Positions 13,449 to 25,400 of a stretch of 64,000 bases of DNA are shown here, one piece after another. The translations under genes and the position numbers were made by a program. The notes under the pieces were generated by a model that worked only from the letters and a program-made list of their open reading frames with translations, had not been told where the DNA came from and did not search any database. Each line of letters begins with the position of its first letter. Within the stretch, counting starts at the first letter, position 1. The DNA is from Hormiphora californensis (taxonomy: Eukaryota > Animalia > Ctenophora). The stretch spans positions 2,356,001 to 2,420,000 of the forward strand of contig CM035361.1 in the NCBI GenBank assembly GCA_020137815.1, given 5' to 3'.

Positions 13449-14651
13449 TAGGGTGTCCCACTGTCTTTGCATCACCTGCGATTTTGGGTCATGACCGGGC
13501 TCCATTAAACTAACCAAAACTGATCGAAAAATTGGTCAAAATGGTTCTAACAAAAACCAGTGTTCTAGAGAATTGTCTGGCGAACATTTTGGTTGCAAGA
13601 TTGACTTTCTACGTCTTACCAATCGTCAGATATATCGTCGTAAAGTCAAAATTACGTGTTCATGAAATCAGACCGGGGTTCACGTTTTGAAAAATTCACA
13701 AGTGCAAAGTTGCTCGGATCACATTGCATCCCTCATAAGAGTTGTAGGAAATCGTCTGGCGGTCATTTTGGTACCCGGGTTTTTGTCCTAACTCAATGTT
13801 TAGAGTGTCTTATGACTGTCTAAAGACGAAATTCAACCAGCATTTTTGAGGGGATCACGTGTCATCAACAAATGGGTAAAATGATTTGAAATTTACAAGA
13901 GCTTCATTGGAATCGTCTAAGGTTCATCTTGATACCATGGTTTTTTCCATAGCTCTACGTTTAAGTTGCGTTATGACTGTAGGAACATGAAGATTTTTCT
14001 ATGCTGAGTCTTAGTTGGTATCGGCTCACAACCCCTAATTAGGTGGCTCGGTGTCGTGTGTAATCCCATGATAATCAGCACATATCGTCTCAATTTCATC
14101 TAGACACTTGACAGGGTTGTTATGACGATTTGGCAAGGCCCCTGTTAATGTGTAGGATACGCAAGTGGTCTATCTCAACCCTATCATGCACTAAGATGTT
14201 ATTCAAGCAGCTATGAGCTTCATAACAGGGCAAAATGCAATGCGATGCCTGGGACCACTTTTGGGAAAATTCCAGTTCTGACAGTCATAAGACATTCTAA
14301 ACATTGAGCTAGGATAAAAACCCGGGTACCAAAATGACCGCCAGACAATTTCCTACAACTCTTATGAGGGATGCAATGTGATCCGAGCAACTTTGCACTT
14401 GTGAATTTTTCAAAACGTGAACCCCGGTCGGATTTCATGAACACGTAATTTTGACTTTACGACGATATATCTGACGATTGGTAAGAATTGGAAAGTCAAT
14501 CTTGCAACCAAAATGTTCACCAGACAATTCTCTAGAACACTGGTTTTTGTTAGAACCATTTTGACCAATTTTTCGATCAGTTTTGGTTAGTTTAATGGAG
14601 CCCGGTCATGACCCAAAATCGCAGGTGATGCAAAGACAGTGGGACACCCTG
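13449..14651. mobile_element. Tc1/mariner-type non-autonomous element with about 370-bp TIRs, TA TSD
   Basis: TA|TAGGGTGTCCCACTGTCTTTGCATCACC ... GGTGATGCAAAGACAGTGGGACACCCTG|TA; the identical ORF starts on opposite strands (13517-, 14583+) reflect the TIRs. Confidence 0.9.
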
Positions 14652-14674
14652 TACATATATAATATAATTTCTAG

Positions 14675-14792
14675 ACAGAACGGAAAGGATGGAATAAGGA
14701 TGTTTACAACTCAACCTCCCATGGGTCAAATGGCGAATCCATATCCCTTTGCATTCAACCAAGAAAGGCATCAAGTTTTGTCAAAATCATGA
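14675..14792 (+). CDS. Duplicated alternative last exon of the upstream coiled-coil gene
   Basis: Same acceptor (ATATAATATAATTTCTAG|ACAGAACGGAAAG) and same phase as 12889; open diverged frame QNGKDGIRMFTTQPPMGQMANPYPFAFNQERHQVLSKS*. Confidence 0.6.
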
Positions 14793-15269
14793 CATCCGTT
14801 AATAACCATAGCCAAAATTTGATGAAAGAATCAGACTAAGACAAAGCCTCTTTCTCTCTCTCTCTTATATCTACTCTCTATTCTCTCTCTCTCTCTCTAT
14901 ATCTCCTCCTCTTCTCTCGCTATCCTCTCTCTGCTCTCTCCTGTGCCACCTCTCAACCCGGTTAAAAATCAGAATCTTGGGAATGTATTGTACAGCTACT
15001 AGCTTATGCCATTTTAACCTCATGTCTCTAGGTCCTTCATGTATATATCGTGTCCATCATCTGCTGACATTAATAGTTAGATGGGGTTTTTGAGAGTCTT
15101 TTTTTCTTGAGATCCTAATACTATCAACGCTTTGCCGAAAACACTACACAGATTCTGTAAGAGGACATGCTGGCCTTGAATGATGCCGATCTGATGAATA
15201 TCGCTGGTTCAGATATCACCGGGGCCCATCTCAAGAACCCGTCACTATGGTAACATCGAGCAGTGGCGG

Positions 15270-15775
15270 CTCTGTCCTAGAAGGGGAGCAAAGAAGAGTA
15301 GTAGAGAAGGGATAGTGAAGAGAGTGGAAGTGCATGGGTCCCTCCTGTCCTAAGAGAAGGGCAGCAGGAGGAGGAGTAGCAGAAGGGACAGTGATAGATG
15401 GAAGTGCAGTGGGTCCCTCCTGTCCTAGAAGGGCAGCAGAAGAAGAGTAGTAACAGAAGGGAATAGTGAAGAGAGTGGAAGTGCAGTGGGTCCCTCTGTC
15501 CTAGAAGGGGCAGCAGAAGAAGGAGTAGCAGAAGGGATAGTGGAAGAGCGTGGAAGTGCAGTGGGTCCCCACTGTCCCTAGAAGGGCAGCGGAGGAGGAG
15601 TAGCAGAAGGGATAGTGAAGAGGGGAAGTGCAGTGGGTCCCTCCTGTCCTAGAAGGGGCAGCAGGGAGGAGTAGCAGAAGGGACGGGAGAGAGTGGAAGT
15701 GCAGTGGGTCCCTCCTGTCCTAGAAGGGGCAGCAGGGGAGGAGTAGCAGAAGGACAGTGGAGAGCTGGAGGAAGG
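15270..15775 (+). repeat. Purine-rich minisatellite, unit about 60-65 bp
   Basis: GGAAGTGCAGTGGGTCCCTCCTGTCCTAGAAGGGGCAGCAG...GAGTAGCAGAAGGGATAGTGAAGAG repeated about 8 times. Confidence 0.9.
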
Positions 15776-16221
15776 AAGTGGTACAGTACAGATACGACAT
15801 TATATTGAGGGAATTGAAAGCAGGTTCCTGAGTAATAACGGAACAACAACATCATCGAAACTCTAAACACCGTCGTCCTGCTAAGATTATGAGGGCTGTA
15901 TTTGGAATGGTACCAACAGCAAATATTGCTCGTCGGACATGTGAAAACAAAGCAGAAGCTTCGAAAAGGAGCCGTCAGCAACTTCCCCTAGTCACATTTA
16001 GTCCTTCTCCTGAGGGACGGCGGGGGTCCCTTTTGTCCGGAATCCGTCCAGGATACGCCATCTGATGGCAGACGAGGGTCCCTTTTTATCCGAAGTCCGT
16101 CCCGGCCCGAGAACTGTTTGCAACTAGCACGCCAGTAACAGGTCGGGCCTTAAGGTCACGGTCCATGTACGCCTGGAATGGTGGCGACGAGGGAAACAAG
16201 GACAATGCTTGAGGTAATTTC

Positions 16222-16329
16222 CAGGAACCGACCGAAACAAGTAAACAACCAATCAGAACTCGGATTTAGGTCACGTGACTGGTCATCAGCCAATCAGGGA
16301 CCAGTATTTCCTGATTCGGTCGGGTCCTG
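16222..16329. mobile_element. Short hAT-like MITE (CAGGAACCGACCGAA TIR)
   Basis: CAGGAACCGACCGAA ... TTCGGTCGGGTCCTG; AGGTAATTT on both flanks; same TIR family as 31768-33108. Confidence 0.8.
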
Positions 16330-16655
16330 AGGTAATTTGGTTGCCTTGCTTCACCCTCTAGTCTTCCTCACGTCACGCACAAAAATAAAAGATTAATGTG
16401 AAGGATCTGAATCTTCTGAGGCTACTGCCATATTATTTCACAGCTGTTTAACAATTTTGAATAATTATAATCTATATCACATTAGTTAATTAGGTATAGC
16501 CACTATTAGCCATGTGTATGCGGTCTTCAGTGACATAAATTACATGTGGGCATGCTCATTGATTTACTTTGTGAGAATCACATGGAAGAATCAGAACATA
16601 TTGAATAATACAAATAAACTCCAATAAATTCAATGATCCCCCCCCCCCTGTCCAG

Positions 16656-18687
16656 GTTGTTTCGCGAGAGTAGTCGGTCAGCCGGGGAGAGTGGCTACAA
16701 AAAGCGAGGATTGCGAAGCCGCTACCGGACGATGATGGGACTGTTGTTCGGTAAGCATACCATTTATTAGAATGGTTATATTGTGCAGATAAATATTAAG
16801 TTATAATCATTCCTAGATTTAATTCCTTGGTGGAATCTATAAAAAGGGGGATTTGTGGATGAATTCTCGGATCCTACTATCCTCTAGTTAGTTATCCGCA
16901 TTCCGCGTATATCCTCGTATCACACTCGGTAGTACAACATCGTATCCCAGAATGTATCCGCTCATGTCCATATAATTTCTCATCACGGCACTGAAATATT
17001 AAAGCATTGACTCCGCAGCAACTTGTGGCTGAGTTATATACTGCAATTTCCTAGAGCGATCCCGCTACACTATATACAGATCTGCAGTAGTTGCCGGCCA
17101 CTGCCGCGAGACATAATGAATTAATTTACTTGCTTTAAAGCAACTTCTTCTCCCATAGCGAGGATACTGCCCTTCACAGATTATAACTCATGCAGGTATC
17201 TCCCTCTCTCACACTCGACCACTCTGATCTCTCGAGCACACTGAGCTCCTCTTTCATTCTCTTATAATGGTGGTTGGTGAGAGCGGCTGGTACGTTTGGT
17301 ACAGTTCTCTTTATATGATACCTACTATACCCTGCAAGTTGCTCCTTTCCAAATTACACTGTGGTAGCCTATAAACTCATTTCAATGCCTACTACAGTTG
17401 CGTGGGAATATATAGTCGGCCCAATCAAATACTTATAAAAAATTCTATATAAAATATTCTATAGAATACATTCACAAAAATATCTATATATATGCCACTG
17501 CATTTATTGCTCTGTGAGATTTTGGAAGGACCTGAATGACCCTCCCTTCCTCCTTTCACCGTCTTCTGAATGCTCCTCCTCGACCACTGGCGACCCTCTG
17601 GTGATCTGGATGAAAATACCTCTCTTTTTCCCGCCACTATACGTGGATCAACGCTAAATTGGGAGCGCCTAAAACCGCCCGGAGGATACAAACCTCATAA
17701 CAAAATTCAAGGTTCAAAGTCCGTTTTTCTATACCAATATAATATTACCAGTATATAGGGCATATGATAACAGAAATAGCAAACTAAGAGCCTAACACTA
17801 TAGCCAGTATAGCCAATATGTCAACTGTCAAGTTATAGAGTAGTTACAATTTTATAACATTCTGCCTATTATTGTTTAGGTGCCCGCTATTAAGATTCCG
17901 TAAGATAGCTCGGATGGTCCAGCTTGCATTGATATTCTACTCCGGCGAAGGAAGAACGTGAGTGACTGCGCTGGCAAGCGCAAAGATAAGTGACATTAGT
18001 TATATAAATACAGGCGACCCCGATTTACCGGGCCCCGATTTACCTGTACCCCGATTTACCAGGAGGAAAAAACTTCCCCCGATTTAGGAAATTAAGAGTA
18101 TATCACCCCGATATACCGGGCACCCGATACCGGGCAAAAACTTTTCCCCGAGCATCCCGGTAAATCGGGTCCGATTTATACTGAGAGTATTATGTAATTT
18201 TTACGAAAGGTAGGTAATCCCCATGTTATTCCATTTCTTGCAATCAGAAAACGGGGAAATGAGCAGGATGAAAATGCAAAATCTTTAAACAAACCAGACC
18301 AAACCAAAATGACTTTTCTGCCAGAGTTCGATCCTTCGCTTTACAAGGCTCAGCGAATAAAGGTAGAAACTCAACCACTGTATTTTGTAGTAAATGTATA
18401 TTTATTGTACATAAATTCACCATATGTCTGTAATATTTTAACCTACTTCATGCGACACATGCACAGGGGGAAAGCAGTCGTGCCTGAATCAGTTCAAGCC
18501 ACGGGCTATTCAACTGAGACCCATGAGATCTCACGACTGTTATCCCCCACAGGAGCTAGTAGTGGGATCAGACATCAAGGAGATACTGAGCAAGAGACCG
18601 GACGATCGATCAGAAGAAGAGATACAACAGGTCCTAATTGCACTCCGGACATATCAAACATTTGCAGAGTACCCCCTGAACATGCAG
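16656..18687 (+). CDS. Partial cyclic-nucleotide-binding-domain (CNBD2-like) gene, 5' exons; frame disrupted in places
   Basis: Exon 18553-18687 encodes ELVVGSDIKEILSKRPDDRSEEEIQQVLIALRTYQTFAEYPLNMQ, matching the LxKxPxxRSxEE...LR...FAEYP..MQ segment that precedes cNMP-binding domains; upstream candidate exons (16656-16750, 17880-17958, about 18248-18362 ...FDPSLYKAQRIK) carry stops/indels; downstream exons not found before the gap. Confidence 0.5.
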
Positions 18688-19096
18688 GTTTGTAGGTCCT
18701 ATTTGCACTCCGGACATATCAAACATTTGCAGAGTACCCCCTGAAAATGCAGGTTTGTAGGTCCTATTTGCACTCGGACATATCAAACATTTGCGAGAGT
18801 ACCCCTGAACATGCGGTTTTGTGAGTACAGAGTACCCCTGAACATGCAGGTTTGTAGTTGCAGTACCCTGAACATGCAGGTTTGTAGTTGCAGAGTACCC
18901 CCTGAACATGCAGGTTTGTAGTTGCAGAGTACCCCCTGAACATGCAGGTTTGTAGTTGCAGAGTACCCCTGAACATGCAGGTTTGTAGGGCCTATTTGCA
19001 CTCCGGACATATCAAACATTTGCAGAGATACCCCTGAACATGCCGGTTTGTAGTTGAGAGTACCCCCTGAACATGCAGGTCCTAGTTGCACTCCGA
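18633..19096 (+). repeat. Minisatellite built from exon 3' end plus splice donor (GCAGAGTACCCCCTGAACATGCAG|GTTTGTAG)
   Basis: About 10 copies in long (about 59 bp) and short (about 34 bp) unit variants. Confidence 0.9.
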
Positions 19097-20232
19097 GTAT
19101 ACGATATTCTATAAGATATTCACACTGTCACATAGTGTCACTAAAAGTTTTTCGCTGTATTAACCCTTAAATAAGAGATTCATATAGATATCAGAATCAA
19201 TTCCTGGTGTGCACTGGGATTTTCATTGGAGCAGGGGTCCTGTACGTGCTGCAGTTTCCAAAAATATATCCCTGTAGAAGAAAAAAGTAGTCAAAGGGGG
19301 GAAACAGTTTGTGCCTGAACCACGGTATTTTCCACTAAGACCTGAGATTCATGTTACAGTGACGGCTATCCCTTAGATTTAATTATATAGCCTACACTTA
19401 CTCGTATTTGTTTAGAATGTTGTTGAGCATGTCTGAATACTCGTCAGGAATTTCATTAATGGCTCCATGTCCAGGTAGAGCATTCAGGAAAGGGTTCCTA
19501 AAAATAAATTTTTACATAGTACAAAGTGAAACAAGAGGTTTCACTTTGCTTTGTACTATTATACTACTCCAAGGTTTCGACCTTGTTGAGTACTCTGTCC
19601 TGTCGGGACATACCAAAAACAAGTCCATAATTTTTTACATATATGAGATAGTAACCCAGCAATTAAGGTAAATCAATCTAATAGACATACTGTATATCCT
19701 GAAACAAAAATTTCTAATGTACTTGTTTAATGAAGGATTCTTTTGTACGGCAGGGACGGGTGCAGCCACTTGCTGGTTGTTATTATTCGGTTCTCTCTCG
19801 AACTTGAATCACCTCCCTATTATCGTTGTGGATCATCAATCGAACCATCATCCTGGATTTGAAATAAATATTTGACTTTGCAGAGTTTTGACTACGCGAG
19901 TTACGAATAACGAGTATTAGGGTACCTCATATCTTGCAGTTTAGTCCCATACAAATCCTATAATAATTCTATCCTATATATAGTTCTATGTGGGGTGTTA
20001 TTACACGGCTAAAAGTTCAGCTCTTTTTTACCGTTACTGTTGGCTTTGTTCCGTTGCTGCCTCTTGTATAATTGACTGTTCCACGTCCATCAATTTAAAC
20101 ACACATTAATATTGAAATTGATAGGTTCTGCTTCTATAAATATTAAAGTATTATTTTCTATTGTTACATTACGTACAAAATGAATGAAAAAACATTAGTA
20201 TAAAACAGTCCTATATGAATTGAAATGTAGTA

Positions 20233-20330
20233 CAGTCGGACCCCGATTTACCGGGCCCCAATTTACCGGAACCCCGATTTACCGGGCAAAACCCTTTCCC
20301 CGAGCATCCCGGTAAATCGGGGTCCGACTG
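20233..20330. mobile_element. Minimal (98-bp) CAGTCGGACCCCGATTTA MITE; degenerate copies at about 18010-18180, 36800-36930, 43620-43692
   Basis: TA|CAGTCGGACCCCGATTTA...TAAATCGGGGTCCGACTG|TA. Confidence 0.9.
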
Positions 20331-20561
20331 TATTGTGAATTCAACCTTTATATACACACGTGGTGTAAGTTGTATATATCGAACCTTGGTCAAGATCTCC
20401 GCCGTTCTCTATCGTAGTTATTATTAGTATCAATAATTCCATCGAACACCTCTCTAAATTAAAATGCAAATATTAGACTTTGATAGACAATTTCTACTCA
20501 AACGAGCTTTCAGAATTTGTATTTGGGTCAGATGTTAACCCATATATTGTCAACAAACGGG

Positions 20562-20661
20562 NNNNNNNNNNNNNNNNNNNNNNNNNNNNNNNNNNNNNNN
20601 NNNNNNNNNNNNNNNNNNNNNNNNNNNNNNNNNNNNNNNNNNNNNNNNNNNNNNNNNNNNN
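20562..20661. other. Assembly gap (100 N)
   Basis: Run of N. Confidence 1.
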
Positions 20662-21614
20662 GGTATGCCCGATTATTCTTTCTATTACTGAGAAATAAGT
20701 TAGTTTTAGTATGGATAAAGATTCTAAAGTCGGATTTTTTGAAACTGTCACCCCCCTGGGTATTTTCAAATTTCGTAAATGACCATAAATCTGGTTCCTG
20801 ACGAGATAGAGACTTGAAATTTGGAGGTTACGAAGATCTTGCTAAGTTCTTCCGAACCTCCAAATTTCAAGTCTCTATCTTATCAGGAACCGGAGATATG
20901 GCAAATTTTGTTATTTCAGGGGGTGGCAGTTTCAAAAAATCCGACTTTATGTGAAATGGCAATGTGATGGTCACATTTTCTTGTTCTGACGTTCTACGTC
21001 GCGCGCGGTAGCATTTTCTTAGGCCGCGCGCGGTTGTCAGCACGAGTTCAATGTAACTCGTACCTGTATCCAGTTTCCAGTGTCGGTTTCAAGCTCCTGT
21101 AATTCGTGTGTATTGAACCTCAACTGCTACAGACAGGGAATCGAGTGAGTGCGAGAGAAAGAGTTCGACTTGGCATTGGCTTGTTTCTTATTTAGACTCG
21201 AGCAAAACGTTATTGATATTCAGATACCCTAGTCTAAACTGTCAGGCCAATGCTCTGACCACAGTTCTCGCGCGCTTATTTGAGAGAAACGAGAATGGGT
21301 CAGACCAATGCTGTGACAGAGTCTAAACCTCTTTATATACGTCAGTCACTAAACTCAAAATCAGCTAGACGGCCTCCCGATCGCACTAACTTCAAACCTG
21401 CTCAGACTAACGACTAGAATTGCAGGGGATCTAATAATGAAGGTCTAAACTCTAGACTAGTACTAGCAGTCTAAAGTTTAGACCTTCATTATTATTTTAC
21501 CAGCTCCTAGCAGGGTGGAGCTGAAAATGAAGGTCTGTTACTTGTTAGTTGTTACAGACCAACTTACAAAATGTACGGGTATAAACATCATCAAAAAGTA
21601 CCCGTATTTTTTAC

Positions 21615-21986
21615 GGTAGGCGGTAAATGTTAACCAGATCTGAGAAAAAACGTACGTGCAAAACCACGTTTTTGTCCATAACTCAGTCATTTCTTGACCA
21701 ATTTGCAAAATCTTGGGCGCGTTGGAAAGAGGACATTGAGCTCTTTAAAATGAGCCCAATAAAACTAAAATCGGCGCGAAATGCGCGGCTTCATGGCGCA
21801 AAATGCGCGTTTTCGCCACTGCGCCGCGCAATTTGCGCCAATTTTCATTTTCTTGAGCTCATTTGAAAGATCTCGATGTTTTCTTTCCAATGAGCCAAAG
21901 ATTTTGCAAATTGGTCAAGAAATGGCTGAGTTATGGGCAAAAACGTGCGAAATTCTCACAGATCTGGTTAACATTTACCGCCTACC
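21615..21986. mobile_element. MITE with 9-bp TSD (Merlin/Mutator-type), nested in a smaller TIR element (about 21552-22008)
   Basis: ATTTTTTAC|GGTAGGCGGTAAATGTTAACCAGATCTG ... CAGATCTGGTTAACATTTACCGCCTACC|ATTTTTTAC; outer TTACAGACCAACTT/AAGTTGGTCTGTAA. Confidence 0.88.
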
Positions 21987-22100
21987 ATTTTTTACAAGTT
22001 GGTCTGTAAGGGGCCTGTGTCAAATGGGATGTTTGTGTCCAGACTGCCGCTGTCTCTTCGCAGGTGCCGCCTAGACAGGAAGTGTGCAGTAGGGTCAACA

Positions 22101-22202
<102 letters not shown>

Positions 22203-22473
22203 TAAGAGACTTGGTCCGCCAATCTTGCCCGTGTATCATGTACGTAGATGAACATTGAACGCCCAATTTGCAAAATACCGTTTTGATACGGTGCATGCAG
22301 TTCTGATGATCATGAAGTGATAATCTCACTCACTGAGATAGAATCTTATCTTTTTTCGAAAATTTCTATTTGTTTGACGCTTACTTAATCTATAAATTAT
22401 AAAACCATTCGGTTGCTAAGTCTTTATTGTTGCATCTATGACTGTTTAATATTGTGCCGATACCTAGTTCAGT

Positions 22474-25400
22474 ATGGTCCACCTTTATCTTCTCCACATT
22501 TTCCTGTCTCTGATAACCAGAACAGAACTAAAACAGATCAAACCAAACAAAATGTAAGTTACATCTGAACCTCTGTCCTCTACTTCTAGCGTTTGGTGAA
22601 TTTGATTTGAACAATATTTGAACAATATTTGAACAATCTTTGAACAAGGTTTAGATATTGATAATTTGCCTCCCGTAGCAGGTCACAAAACAACCGAAAC
22701 CTAGACGATGCGATGATGGACGTCCTGAATCTAGAAAAAATACCAGAGCCTCACAAGAAACCAATTCGCGTTTACTGGTAATTTATAGAGACACTTGTCA
22801 ACAAAGAGACACTAGATCCTTGTTGAGAATCAATCGAATTCGAACTCAACCCTGTCTGATAAATCATATTGTTATTAAAAAGTATTTATCAATTAGTTTC
22901 TCATCAAATGTTATTCTTGTTTTAGGTTCATCCAGGAGACGTATGAAAATGTAGACGAGAGAAAAACAAGGTTTGGAAGGCAAGTTGATACAGTGAGATT
23001 CGATAATGCTCAAGGTAGGATGGTCAATTATAATTAACTATATATGCCTTCAATTATTTATTTAGCAATGGGCCTATATTACAACCAACCCATATTATAT
23101 GGGTTTCAACTTTCAAGCTGGCCTTCGAATTTGTTTTCCTTATTTTAGTCTTTGCTTTGCATTTAGTTTCTGTACTCTCATTTTTAGTCACGATCGGTCT
23201 TTACAAGCCCATTATAGATGTTGCAATAGACATGTCTGTTCTGAATGTCTAGACGATGGATGCTAGCCTAACTACACCGTTGCAACTACACATCGTCTAA
23301 CACAACATACAGACATACAGAGATGATTTCACTTTTCATCGATGATAGCATTCGCTATTCATCCTTTTGCATTGTTTCATCATTGAATGATTCATTAAAT
23401 TGTTATCAATATTGTTATTAATTTAAAGCTATTTTCAGTTCCCACTATCGCGCAGTAACACTCTGAATCTGATTTCAATGTTTCTTTATTCATGTCACCC
23501 CCTCCTCCAGGTTCACCAAAGTTGTCTGACCAACAGAGAGTCCAATACACATTCAACCTCAGTGCACTAAAACGATACTCCCGAGTCTTCGGACATGACC
23601 TTTATTTCTCGTAAGTAAAGGAAGAAAATTCAGAAAAATAAAAACCGGGTTTAAATGGAGTTTTAATTTTTAATTCAAATGTTACTTTCAGAGCACCTCA
23701 AACTCTGTTAGACCGATCAGAAGGTGGACAGTTAAGTGTGAGTATCTGGAGTGAAAAGGGAGATCTCATCAACTCAAGTATTCTACGACCTCTCCGTGGA
23801 GCTGATTACCGAATATCATTGGATTCTCTTAGGTACTTAATTAACTAATTAATTAGGCACATACTTAACGATACTTAATTGTATTAATATAATTTAATTT
23901 ATGTGAAATGATCAATTCGAAAGCCTCTGAAATATTTCTTCATAGTTTATACTAGCGGTTTCGTTTCAGATATAAAACTGATGACGATAAGCCTATTACT
24001 ATCACTATTGATATGGGGTTAGAGAGGGAGGATATGGGTAGAGTCCCTAACAATGCTACCATAGCAACGTATAGCAACATGGCTAGAGGTAGAAGCAACA
24101 AAAACTCTGTACTAGCTAGACGGTTGCGGCTAAAACGGCATCACACATCAAAACGGTGAGGAAATCTTTTATAAAATGAATCACTTTAAGTTTTAGTCTC
24201 TCTAAAATTTATCAAGTTGACATTTAATAAATATAGTGTATGCTAATGCAGCATACAACATTATTTTGTTTAACGGCTATTCATTCCGCATTATAGATCA
24301 ATCAAGGAAACAGTGGAGAGAAAACGTAACGGCAGACGCTGCTGTATAGCAGAACCATATCAGGTTAGATAAAACAAACAAACAAACAAACAAACAAACA
24401 AACAATTTATGAGAGCCAGAGACAATGTATACAATGAACGATAACAACATCGACTGTATGAGTATGACAATAACTAACGGGAGTGTCTATGTTTCAGAAA
24501 GATATTTTAGAACTAATCAATGACGGAAGTGCACATATTTTCAACGATAAAGTACTTGTCACCGATGTAAAATGTCACATGAAAAAGGTATAACCATATC
24601 AATTTAAACGCCAATCAACATTGCTAAAGGTGATCTTAAAAAGAGCTTCTTATTTTGACTTAACTAACTATTTTAGGCCTGTCAAAAAGAGGGATATAGA
24701 GGGTGTAAACCGTCATCTTATCGACATCAACATGTGACAATTGAATCATTTGACATTCATGATAACACGGTTAGTTATTAGCTTACTTTTTTTATTGATA
24801 ACTAACCATGTATTTGGATTCTAATCAAAGTGATAAATGTATTTCTGCGAATATCATTATCCTATATTTAACCAGATTCCCGGTGTCCCGATTTTTTTTT
24901 CACGCCTGGAATTTTCATTTTGGGGGCTCGTTTTGCTGCAAGAATTTTACTGTTTGCTGCAGTCATGGATAGGGATTTTCCAAATTTTCTACCGTCCTAA
25001 ACATGATTTCATTGGAAAAAATACCCCGGCAGTCCCTATAAGATTGGAATTTTTCCTGGAATATTCCCCTACTGCAGTCCCTATAATATTGGAATATTCC
25101 CCTACTGCAGTCCCTATAAGATTGGTATATTCCCTGGAATATTCCCCTACTGCAGTCCCTATAAGATTGGAATATTCCCCTACTGCTGCAGTCCCTATAA
25201 AATTGGAATATTCCCTGGAATATTCCCCTACTGCTGCAGTCCCCTGCAGTCCCTATAAGATTGGAATATTCCCTAGAATATTCCCTACTGCAGTTCCTGC
25301 AGTTCATGTTTCGGGGTCTACGGGGGGATTCAGGGGCCAGGGGCGTTGGGTGACCGTACCGATGTATTTCCGTAGACAAAGATAAACACAGGATCTTACA

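Noticed and set aside
18634-19091. Regular repeat array as a possible CRISPR or repeat protein on the minus strand
   Set aside because: No unique spacers, eukaryotic context; it is an exon-junction minisatellite.
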